DNA from: a virus
Lineage: Duplodnaviria > Caudoviricetes
Reading direction: 5' to 3' (one strand)
Virus record (IMG/VR): IMGVR_UViG_3300049926_000024
Coordinates: 1 to 55,693 of that record
DNA: 55,693 nucleotides
Part shown: positions 36,981 through 44,425 of the stretch, one piece after another
Layout of the letters: each line of letters starts with the position of its first letter
Position numbering within the stretch: position 1 is the first letter of the stretch
Made by a program: the position numbers and the translations under genes
The notes under the pieces: model-generated
Databases searched by the model: none
The model's input: only the letters and a program-made list of their open reading frames with translations
Told to the model about the DNA's origin: nothing

Positions 36981-37178
36981 CTATTCCTCCAGTTTATCTT
37001 TCAGCCATTCGGGAAGCTGAATAGTTGCTGCGCCGCCTTCTTCTTCTACTTCGGCTTCCACCTGGCTTTTCGGAAGCCAGTGTTCGCTTCCGTCGTCTAA
37101 CTGGACCAGGTAGGCCTTGTCAGTTTCACGAATGACGGTGCATTCAATTTCTACTATGCTGTTATTGCTCTTACGCAT
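36981..37178 (-). CDS. Small beta-rich phage protein
   Basis: ETDKAYLV...HWLPKSQV...LPEWL pattern. Confidence 0.65.
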   Translation of the reverse strand: MRKSNNSIVEIECTVIRETDKAYLVQLDDGSEHWLPKSQVEAEVEEEGGAATIQLPEWLKDKLEE

Positions 37179-37404
37179 GACTTATTCCTTGTTCGTAAAT
37201 GATGAAACGGATTTCCGCCAGCTTTGCACTGTCGCTGCCTTCATCTTCCAGTATTTCCTTGACGCACTGAACCTGATTGTGCGCTTTAAAAATGTTGCGG
37301 TCAGCCCTGTCAAATGCTGGCTGTAATTGCGCCATCTTGGCAGTGATTAACTGGTCGCGCTTTACTTGAAGACGTGATTGAATATTGATAATTTTTGCTG
37401 ACAT
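37171..37404 (-). CDS. Hypothetical protein
   Basis: AGGGAG RBS preceded by the ATAACGGA box. Confidence 0.6.
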   Translation of the reverse strand: MSAKIINIQSRLQVKRDQLITAKMAQLQPAFDRADRNIFKAHNQVQCVKEILEDEGSDSAKLAEIRFIIYEQGISHA

Positions 37405-37416
37405 TTTAACTTCTCC

Positions 37417-37572
37417 CTATTTTCCGTTATTCAAGGTCGGTAAGTATGCGGCGGCAGTCACAACGTGGTAATTTTCAGTATTGATATGCTTCTTCAGTTC
37501 TTCGGTAAAGAATTCAAAAACTGCTTTCCCTGTGGCCTTGCTGACTACGATATAGCTGTCTTTCCCGCGCAT
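37417..37572 (-). CDS. Hypothetical protein (51 aa), not in the ORF track
   Basis: MRGKDSYIVVSKATGKAVFEFF...; first gene after the promoter at 37629-37657. Confidence 0.55.
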   Translation of the reverse strand: MRGKDSYIVVSKATGKAVFEFFTEELKKHINTENYHVVTAAAYLPTLNNGK

Positions 37573-37628
37573 TCTTCTCTTCCTATCTTCCGTTATATAA
37601 TCTGCTTCTATGCAGTGCTGATTCTGTA

Positions 37629-37657
37629 ACTCTAAACCCGCACTGCATAAAAGTCAA
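37629..37657 (-). promoter_or_regulatory. Sigma70-type promoter with TTTATGCA spacer
   Basis: TTGACT-tttatgcagtgcgggtt(17)-TAGAGT. Confidence 0.75.
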
Positions 37658-37683
37658 CTAGGAAAATAAAGATTCCATAAAAA

Positions 37684-37860
37684 TTATTGCCTGCGAAGAA
37701 GCCCTAATTCTTTGGACAATTCCAGGCTTGCCCGCTTTACCCGGCCTTCTTCCAGCAAGTGGCTGTCGTCCAGGCCGTCGGTCTTTTCCAGTAAATCATT
37801 CGCCCGCTCAATGAAACGCTGGGCTTCACTAACTGCTACCTTTAATTGTCCTCTATCCAT
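37684..37860 (-). CDS. Hypothetical protein (58 aa), not in the ORF track
   Basis: AAGGAG RBS; MDRGQLKVAVSEAQRFIERA...KRASLELSKEL. Confidence 0.55.
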   Translation of the reverse strand: MDRGQLKVAVSEAQRFIERANDLLEKTDGLDDSHLLEEGRVKRASLELSKELGLLRRQ

Positions 37861-38629
37861 TGTCTTTATGCTCCTTCACTGCTTGGTTATAGGCGTTCAG
37901 AATCTTCCGGCCCTTTATTTGCGCCTTGGAAAATTCCCCGGCGTCTTCGCTGTTCAGGAGCTTATCCAGCACCTTGAAAACTTTCTTCTGTTCCTGGCCT
38001 GCAATTTCAAGCAGTGACTTATAGGTAGCCGTCTGGAAATTTGTGGCGAAGTCTTTATTATACTGCTGGGCGGCCTTAAAACTTTCTTCCAGGGGCTTTG
38101 TTATTGCGTCAGCAATTTCTTCCTCTATGCGGGTGTGTAGGATTTCGCCCAGCTTAGTATCCTTTTCCTGCGCCTCTTCCAGCTTCATTTCCCAGGACAT
38201 TAGAAGGAGCATTATTTTCTGGGTTATCGTGTTGCCTTCCGTGCTGGAAAGCCCACGCGTGGCCAGGAACCCCTGGAACGCGCAAAGTTCTTTTTCCAGG
38301 TCACTTAATTGTTTCTGAAGGAGGGATACAACGTTATTGCGCTGGGCGGCTTCGTCACTCAGGTTCGCTATTTCACGTTTCCTTCTGTGGGAATCCTCTA
38401 TCAACTGGCCTATAGCAAGCGTCAGGTCTAACGGAATAGCGTAAATGTCGTCTGTCCTGAAGTTGCGAAGATTGACCACATGCCTACCTTCTGCCACGTA
38501 AACGGTAGAGAAATATTCAGTGTTCGGAATCTCCCCGGCAATAACCGTGCCGAAGTGTTTAGCGATTTCCCAGCTTGCATCAGAAGCCGGGGCTTGCTGG
38601 CAGGTGTTAGGGTTCTGTTCTTTTGACAT
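37853..38629 (-). CDS. Hypothetical coiled-coil protein
   Basis: 258 aa ORF. Confidence 0.65.
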   Translation of the reverse strand: MSKEQNPNTCQQAPASDASWEIAKHFGTVIAGEIPNTEYFSTVYVAEGRHVVNLRNFRTDDIYAIPLDLTLAIGQLIEDSHRRKREIANLSDEAAQRNNVVSLLQKQLSDLEKELCAFQGFLATRGLSSTEGNTITQKIMLLLMSWEMKLEEAQEKDTKLGEILHTRIEEEIADAITKPLEESFKAAQQYNKDFATNFQTATYKSLLEIAGQEQKKVFKVLDKLLNSEDAGEFSKAQIKGRKILNAYNQAVKEHKDNG

Positions 38630-38630
38630 T

Positions 38631-39188
38631 TTATAAACCTAATTTTTTGAGTTGAAAGAAAACAGCACGGCAGGCTTTAACGTCCGCCATTGCTCTATGT
38701 GCGCCCTTGAAGTCCTTGCCGTAAAAATGACGAAAGGCTTCGGCCAGGGAAGGCCACTTGAATTTTCCCCACTGGTTGCGAATCCGGCAAATGTCGGTTG
38801 CTACCTGCATGGTGCAATAGTGCTTCACCTGGCTAAGTGCTGGCGCGGCCAGGGGGTTACTGCGCTTCATCATAGCAAGGTCAAACTGGATATTGTGCGC
38901 TACCAGCGTCTCCGCATTAGAAAGCAGCGCGGCAAACATTTCCCAGGCCTGGGCCAGGGGAATCCCGAACTTTTCACACTGTTCTGTAGAAATACCATGC
39001 ACCGCCTGGGTTTCTGCTGGAATCGTCCAGCCGTCCGGCTTGATAAGAACGTTCATTTCCCCCATGCTCTCGCCTTCGTCGTTGGTAAGCATGGCCGCCA
39101 GTTCGCAGATTTGCGGCTGGTGGTCGGCGTTCGGGTCACCCTTAAAATCAAATTTCCCGGTTGTTTCTGTGTCAAATAATAGATACAC
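38631..39188 (-). CDS. DEDDh 3'-5' exonuclease (DnaQ-like)
   Basis: FDTETTG, VHGIS, AHNIQFD, AHRAMADV. Confidence 0.92.
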   Translation of the reverse strand: MYLLFDTETTGKFDFKGDPNADHQPQICELAAMLTNDEGESMGEMNVLIKPDGWTIPAETQAVHGISTEQCEKFGIPLAQAWEMFAALLSNAETLVAHNIQFDLAMMKRSNPLAAPALSQVKHYCTMQVATDICRIRNQWGKFKWPSLAEAFRHFYGKDFKGAHRAMADVKACRAVFFQLKKLGL

Positions 39189-39206
39189 TGCGCTATACTC
39201 CTAAAA

Positions 39207-40094
39207 TTAATTGATTTTTGCCATAAATTCCCGCCATTCTCCCGGCGAAAAGTCTTTGTAGTTCGGAATGCTGGCTTCCTGCCCGTCTGGAATCGTCAGC
39301 ACAATCTTCAAGGCCTCCATTTCCTTCCTGGAAAAACTGACAGCATGCAGCCGGTATTCTTCAAAAGCTGCGTATGCCCCAGGGACCCATTGCTTGACGA
39401 TTTCCGCTATTGCGTCAGCGTACACCCTGATTTCATACTGGGCGTGGGAGTCCATACGCAAGGCCAGGAAGTGGAAGAGGTTGTGCAGGTCAATCTTCCA
39501 AACCCATTGCGTATAATGGTTTAAGGTCAGGTTCATCCTGGCAAGTTCGCGGGCAATGCCTACGTTCTCTTCGTTGATTTTGCTGCCGTCCGCGTATTCA
39601 TTAAGCATTAATTCATAACTGGAATAACACCGCTTCGCGTCCTTTTCCAGGACAGAAAGCACAAGTTCCGCTTCCCTGTCGGAAAGTTCCCCGCCTTTGC
39701 CCTGGCCGTTCGTCTTAGATTGCGGGGCAAGCTGTTCCCTGGTCGGAAGGTAGAATTCCCTGTCCAGTATAGAGTAACGCGCCGAATATTCGTTTACGCT
39801 GGCCATGCGGTGACGTATCCACTGCCGGGCAACGAAGATAGGCATTTTCACATAGAACTTGATTTCACACATTTCAAAAGGTGTCGTGTGACGGTGGCGC
39901 ATCAGGTAATTAAGCAGCCCCTGATTGTCGGTTTTCTTCGTCGTCCCTGCGCCGTAAGAGATACGGGCGGCGTCCACGATAGCCTGGTCGTTCCCCATAT
40001 AATCTACGACTTTCAGAATGCCGTGGTCTAGGATTTTTTCGTAAACTTCGTGTTCTATGAGGCTGTCCAGTTCTGGGCTATTCGGTCGTGACAT
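39207..40094 (-). CDS. thyX: FAD-dependent thymidylate synthase
   Basis: HTTPFE, ARQWIRHR...NEYSARY signature, ARELAR, HAQYEIR. Confidence 0.96.
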   Translation of the reverse strand: MSRPNSPELDSLIEHEVYEKILDHGILKVVDYMGNDQAIVDAARISYGAGTTKKTDNQGLLNYLMRHRHTTPFEMCEIKFYVKMPIFVARQWIRHRMASVNEYSARYSILDREFYLPTREQLAPQSKTNGQGKGGELSDREAELVLSVLEKDAKRCYSSYELMLNEYADGSKINEENVGIARELARMNLTLNHYTQWVWKIDLHNLFHFLALRMDSHAQYEIRVYADAIAEIVKQWVPGAYAAFEEYRLHAVSFSRKEMEALKIVLTIPDGQEASIPNYKDFSPGEWREFMAKIN

Positions 40095-40437
40095 TTTGAA
40101 CCTCCTGGGGCTTCTTATAAATCAGGCTGTCCAACTGGCCCAGCAATTGCGGGTTATCCATGACAATACTGGAAAGACAGTTCGCCAGAAGGTTCACCGC
40201 TTTTTCTTCCTCACAGTCTTTCGATATGTCCATGTAATAATAGGCCGCATGCAGGATTTCATGAAGCAGCGTATTGAAGATTTCATTCCCGCGCCGCGCA
40301 ATATCCAGGTAAATGATTTTAGCCTGCCGGTCACAGCGGCCAAGGTAGTCACTTGAACGGTGGTCTGAAGAATCTTTCCACTGGACTATCCGGTAAATGT
40401 CACAACCTATTTTTATTTCGTCAGGTAAGTTAATCAT
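40078..40437 (-). CDS. Small zincin-like metallopeptidase-domain protein
   Basis: TLLHEILHA (HExxH) followed by EEKAVN. Confidence 0.65.
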   Translation of the reverse strand: MINLPDEIKIGCDIYRIVQWKDSSDHRSSDYLGRCDRQAKIIYLDIARRGNEIFNTLLHEILHAAYYYMDISKDCEEEKAVNLLANCLSSIVMDNPQLLGQLDSLIYKKPQEVQNVTTE

Positions 40438-40628
40438 TATTTCCCCAGCTTTTCTTTAATGATTGCATAGGCCACGTAGCCGCCCACAAATAAAACGCCT
40501 ATGGTGAACCCGAAAAACAAGGGGGAAATTACCCAGAACCACGCCCACATAATATAGCCCATTAGCTTCAAGGCTACAAACAGCACGGTTAGGAGGCCTA
40601 AAAACCCCACGTTAAGATTGATTTTCAT
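40437..40628 (-). CDS. Small membrane protein
   Basis: GFLGLLTVLFVALKLMGYIMWAWFWVISP. Confidence 0.7.
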   Translation of the reverse strand: MKINLNVGFLGLLTVLFVALKLMGYIMWAWFWVISPLFFGFTIGVLFVGGYVAYAIIKEKLGK

Positions 40629-40839
40629 TTTTCGCTTCTCCTTCTGCGATTTTCCGCAAGGCGGTAAGTTGTTTGTGGCTTAAATCGTCGGTTTCTATGT
40701 CGTCGATATTTGACTTGAAGGCCTTAAGAAACTCCTTCTGGTGCGCGTCCAGGTCTTCCCTGGCCAGTGCCTTGAAATAGAGGTCGTAAACCTCCTGGTC
40801 TATTGGATACCGGGTTTTGTCTTCCTCTTCGATTCTCAT
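40612..40839 (-). CDS. Hypothetical protein
   Basis: 75 aa; LSHKQLTALRKI. Confidence 0.55.
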   Translation of the reverse strand: MRIEEEDKTRYPIDQEVYDLYFKALAREDLDAHQKEFLKAFKSNIDDIETDDLSHKQLTALRKIAEGEAKNENQS

Positions 40840-41342
40840 TGTTCAGCCTTCACAAAGTTAAGGGTTGGAAAATATCCCTGTTCCTGGAAAATCAGGCCAA
40901 GGTCATAGACGGCCTTCAAGCCGGAACGTTCAAACTTCACGTAGTTCTGGCCTACCCTTTCTTCCAGGTGGTCGTCATAAAGTGCGCCCACAACAGTAAG
41001 GGCTTTAAAATACTGGCTGCCCTGGTCGATTTTGATCTCCCCGCACTGCCACAGCAAAGAAATAAACTGGGTCAGGACGAAAATACTTTTCCTGGTCGTA
41101 AACCTCCCCTCAATCATCCAGTCCGTAACTGCTTCGTACATGCGCTTTGCCCTCCGCTGCAAGGTGGGAGAGTTCAGCAAGCCTTCCGAATAATCATGAA
41201 TAGCCTGGATTAACTGCGTGTTTTCGTCGTCAGGTAAGTCCTTCGTGTTGTTCCACAGCATCAGCCATAAAACCATTGAAGGAACTGCCCTTTCCGCCCG
41301 TTTCCGGTCAGTTAGAAATTCTGTATCACTGTCGCCGTGCAT
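40836..41342 (-). CDS. Hypothetical protein
   Basis: 168 aa; ATGA overlap with the downstream gene. Confidence 0.6.
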   Translation of the reverse strand: MHGDSDTEFLTDRKRAERAVPSMVLWLMLWNNTKDLPDDENTQLIQAIHDYSEGLLNSPTLQRRAKRMYEAVTDWMIEGRFTTRKSIFVLTQFISLLWQCGEIKIDQGSQYFKALTVVGALYDDHLEERVGQNYVKFERSGLKAVYDLGLIFQEQGYFPTLNFVKAEQ

Positions 41343-41548
41343 ACTTCACAAGCCTTCATTCCAAAGTGGTTAAATTCCCTGGCGTACTTCAAATAAACAG
41401 TAACGCCTTCCACGTTCACATATCTTCGCAGGCTGTTCATGAGGTCAATATAGGCGTTCGTAGGATTGCCCTTTTCGTCGTAGGCAATAACACAGGCCGT
41501 AAATTGCTTCTCAAATTGCAGCTTCGTTTTCATTTCATCTTCCGTCAT
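41312..41548 (-). CDS. Hypothetical protein
   Basis: 78 aa co-oriented ORF. Confidence 0.5.
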   Translation of the reverse strand: MTEDEMKTKLQFEKQFTACVIAYDEKGNPTNAYIDLMNSLRRYVNVEGVTVYLKYAREFNHFGMKACEVCTATVIQNF

Positions 41549-41687
41549 GTCTAAAAAATTCGCTTGGCGTTATACACTTTTCCTTGTCTCTCCAGTCCGT
41601 ACAGCCGGACATAGAGTTTATAGCCAGAAAGGCGAATAATGCACCAAAAAACAAACAAGCCGCGAAAGAAAATATCCTAGTCAACAT
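41535..41687 (-). CDS. Small membrane/secreted protein (50 aa), not in the ORF track
   Basis: TAGGAG RBS; MLTRIFSFAACLFFGALFAFLAINSMSGCTDW... Confidence 0.55.
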   Translation of the reverse strand: MLTRIFSFAACLFFGALFAFLAINSMSGCTDWRDKEKCITPSEFFRHDGR

Positions 41688-41718
41688 AATGGTTTCTCCT
41701 ATATTCCGTTATCTCTTA

Positions 41719-41747
41719 AGCATAGAAAAGCACTGCATAAATGTCAA
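41719..41747 (-). promoter_or_regulatory. Sigma70-type promoter with TTTATGCA spacer
   Basis: TTGACA-tttatgcagtgcttttc(17)-TATGCT. Confidence 0.82.
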
Positions 41748-41780
41748 CTGGAAATATAAGGATTTTATAAAATCTTTATA

Positions 41781-43367
41781 TTAGGAGTGACGGGCTTCTT
41801 TCGCGGGAACTTCGATAAGAGTTTTCTTTGCGCGTGTCAGCGCAACATATACCAGGTTGTCTTCCTGCTGCTTCTGCCAGGCCTTGACGGCGTACTGCGA
41901 AGGCATAAGTTCACGGCGGCCAATGAGAAACACGCGGTCCCATTCTTTGCCCTTGGCTTTGTGGACAGTGGACAGGGTGACGATACGGCTTAGGTCACTG
42001 TCTTTCGTATCCCTGAAGGCTTTCTTGAAGAATTCCCGAAGCTGAAGGAAGGTGTCGAAGTTATAGGACAGGTCAATAAGCGTTTCGCTCTTATCCTGGA
42101 GATTATCCAGTTTCTGGAGTTCGCGCACGGACGCCGGGGTTTTTCTATCCGGGCCGGTTACTTCGGCCTTCTGCTTGTTCAGCCGGTCAAGCAGTTCTTT
42201 CCGCATGGTGGTAAGGTGGGTGTTCCCCTCAAACTGTGAAAGGACATGCAGGTAATCTTTCCCCAGGTCAGAGCCTTCTACATAGCACTGAATATCCCGT
42301 TTCAGTAAGGCAAAATAAGCCTGGACAAGCTGCTTCGTGTTCCTGCAAAGGATAGCATCACCGCCCCGGAATGTTTCAAAAGCCAGGTATTCCGAAAGGC
42401 TGAAATGTTCGGCGTCATGGTTGATAATTTCGCCGTCTTCGTTATTTTCGTGCGCCTTGATATGGGGGACGTAGAGCTTGACCCTATCAATAATCAGCTT
42501 CGGGCAACGGAATGTTACCGAAAGGCTGAATTCATTCTGACAGTCAAAATCTTCCTTGATAAGTTCCAGGCTGTCGTGATTTGCACCAGCGAAGCCATAA
42601 ATGGCCTGGTACGGGTCACCCACGGCCAGGAAACGCCCGCCGGGTTTAAGCAAGGTCTTCAGGAATTTCCTGCGGCTGTCGTTCGTGTCCTGCGCTTCGT
42701 CCACAATCACCCAGTCATAAAGCGGCGTGATTTTCTCCTGGAACTCTGGCAGGCATGCCGGTCCATAAATAACGTCTTCAAAATCAAAGTCCGTCGCTAT
42801 TTCTTTCAGCCCTTCACGCAGTAAAACCCTGGCGTTTTCTATGATGGTCAGAACATGGCGTTCCTGCTTCACTTCGTCCGTGATGCCAAAATGTTCCAGT
42901 AGGGCAATCCACCTGTCGCCGTCCGAATCCGGGGTAAGCAACCACTGGCGGCCCAGGGCAACGGCGCGGCTGACAAGGTAGCGGAACCGGTAAAAACCCG
43001 GCTCTTTAAACTCCCTGGAAAACGGGTTGTCGTCTTCCAGAATCAGCCTGTCCAGTATATCCTGGTACTTGTCCTTTGTGAGGGTAGAATTTTTATAAGC
43101 CTGGCGCATGTAGCGGAACCCCTCGGCGTGAAGGGTGTTGACCGTCACACGGCCAGGGGTTTTTAACTGGGCGGCCTTCGCCTTAATTTCGTCGGCCACT
43201 GCTTTATTGAATGCTCCGAAGAAAACATTCCCGTGCATATAGCGCAAGGCCATAAGCACGGTGCTAGTTTTTCCAGAACCCGCAACGGCGTTGATTATCG
43301 CGTTGCCCTGGCCATTTTCCACCCACTGGAAAATGGCCTTCTGCTCGTCTGTCGTGGTTTTTTTCAC
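41781..43367 (-). CDS. UvrD/Rep-like SF1 helicase
   Basis: AVAGSGKT, VDEAQD, VGDPYQAIYGFAGA, STVHKAKGKEW, YVALTRAK. Confidence 0.92.
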   Translation of the reverse strand: MKKTTTDEQKAIFQWVENGQGNAIINAVAGSGKTSTVLMALRYMHGNVFFGAFNKAVADEIKAKAAQLKTPGRVTVNTLHAEGFRYMRQAYKNSTLTKDKYQDILDRLILEDDNPFSREFKEPGFYRFRYLVSRAVALGRQWLLTPDSDGDRWIALLEHFGITDEVKQERHVLTIIENARVLLREGLKEIATDFDFEDVIYGPACLPEFQEKITPLYDWVIVDEAQDTNDSRRKFLKTLLKPGGRFLAVGDPYQAIYGFAGANHDSLELIKEDFDCQNEFSLSVTFRCPKLIIDRVKLYVPHIKAHENNEDGEIINHDAEHFSLSEYLAFETFRGGDAILCRNTKQLVQAYFALLKRDIQCYVEGSDLGKDYLHVLSQFEGNTHLTTMRKELLDRLNKQKAEVTGPDRKTPASVRELQKLDNLQDKSETLIDLSYNFDTFLQLREFFKKAFRDTKDSDLSRIVTLSTVHKAKGKEWDRVFLIGRRELMPSQYAVKAWQKQQEDNLVYVALTRAKKTLIEVPAKEARHS

Positions 43368-43813
43368 GCTGCAATACCTGAAGATGTAAATTTGTAAGAG
43401 CTATAAAGGTGCTGGATATTCTGGATAAGATACCAGTAAGGAAGGATTCCTGGACGCTTGGAGCGTGGGAGGTGCTGCTTAGTGTCAGGGAAGACTGTTT
43501 TATATTCCTGGTAGCAGTAAACACGGCTTTTTTTGTTAAACTGGATTTTGTACGTAGCAAGCAATTCCTTGAAATTTCTGCCGTCCACTTCCGAATCTGA
43601 AAACCAGAAGTCCTGCACGTCTATCAATTCAGCCATTGCGTTTTTCAACTTCATGCGATTACCCAGGTCGTCCTTTTCGCTAAGGGTGACCGTACTGGCT
43701 TCATAAGCTGGTTTTGACCTCTTCATTCCTGTCATTGAAAACCGGCTAAACGTTACTGCGGAAACAATACCTGGACGTGAGTACGCTAATGATACGAAAA
43801 CATCTTTTGACAT
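43364..43813 (-). CDS. Hypothetical protein (possible degenerate exonuclease fold)
   Basis: 149 aa, preceded by the ATAACGGA box and a promoter. Confidence 0.55.
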   Translation of the reverse strand: MSKDVFVSLAYSRPGIVSAVTFSRFSMTGMKRSKPAYEASTVTLSEKDDLGNRMKLKNAMAELIDVQDFWFSDSEVDGRNFKELLATYKIQFNKKSRVYCYQEYKTVFPDTKQHLPRSKRPGILPYWYLIQNIQHLYSSYKFTSSGIAA

Positions 43814-43870
43814 AATTATTACCTTTTATCCGTTATATAAAAATTCCATCATCAAGTGAGGACCTTTTTA

Positions 43871-43899
43871 TAAGTAAAGCATAAGTGCATAGAAGTCAA
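43871..43899 (-). promoter_or_regulatory. Promoter of the same family (weak -10)
   Basis: TTGACT-tctatgcacttatgctt(17)-TACTTA. Confidence 0.5.
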
Positions 43900-44259
43900 C
43901 TAACTTTTCAAATATTTTTCTAAATGCTGTTCGGCCCTGCCGCCTCTGCCTTTGCGCTCCACGTCCACAAGGTAAGGACGTTCGATTCCCAGCTTTACGG
44001 CTGCCTCGTGCTGGAACTCGCCATTGCGCCTTCTGGCCAAGGTAAGAAGTTCGCTGTCTGTCGGCTTTATGGTCGTTTCCAGGGTATTCAAGAGTTCGGG
44101 CGGAATAGCCGTAACGCCGGTTTCCATCCTGGAAATTTTCCACTGGGCCATTCCTATCTCTTTTGCGTACTGCCGCTGCGTCAAACCCGCACGGCGGCGG
44201 GCTAAAAACATCAGTTCTGGAAGTGTTGGCGCGATTTTCTTTTTCAATTTATACCCCAC
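43900..44259 (-). CDS. XRE-family protein with two HTH domains
   Basis: ARRRAGLTQRQYAKEIG...ISRMETG and ARRRNGEFQHEAAVKLG...LVDVERKG. Confidence 0.8.
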   Translation of the reverse strand: MGYKLKKKIAPTLPELMFLARRRAGLTQRQYAKEIGMAQWKISRMETGVTAIPPELLNTLETTIKPTDSELLTLARRRNGEFQHEAAVKLGIERPYLVDVERKGRGGRAEQHLEKYLKS

Positions 44260-44425
44260 ATGTATCTATTCTCTGTTGCTCCAGTTGTTTTTGTTCTTCT
44301 TTGCCGTAATGGTGGCCTATAATATAGGCGATTTGCAGCCACTGGAACAGCGCAATAGTGAGGCAGATACGTCCGCCCCACTTTATGACCTTGTCCCAGA
44401 AGGTTTCTACTTTGACTTCCCCCAT
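44249..44425 (-). CDS. Small membrane protein
   Basis: GGGGGAG RBS before MGEVKV; one TM segment. Confidence 0.5.
   Translation of the reverse strand: MGEVKVETFWDKVIKWGGRICLTIALFQWLQIAYIIGHHYGKEEQKQLEQQRIDTCGV

Noticed and set aside
43900-44259. Lysogeny module or CI repressor
   Set aside because: No integrase, partition genes or divergent cI/cro arrangement; the HTH gene is co-oriented within the replication operon
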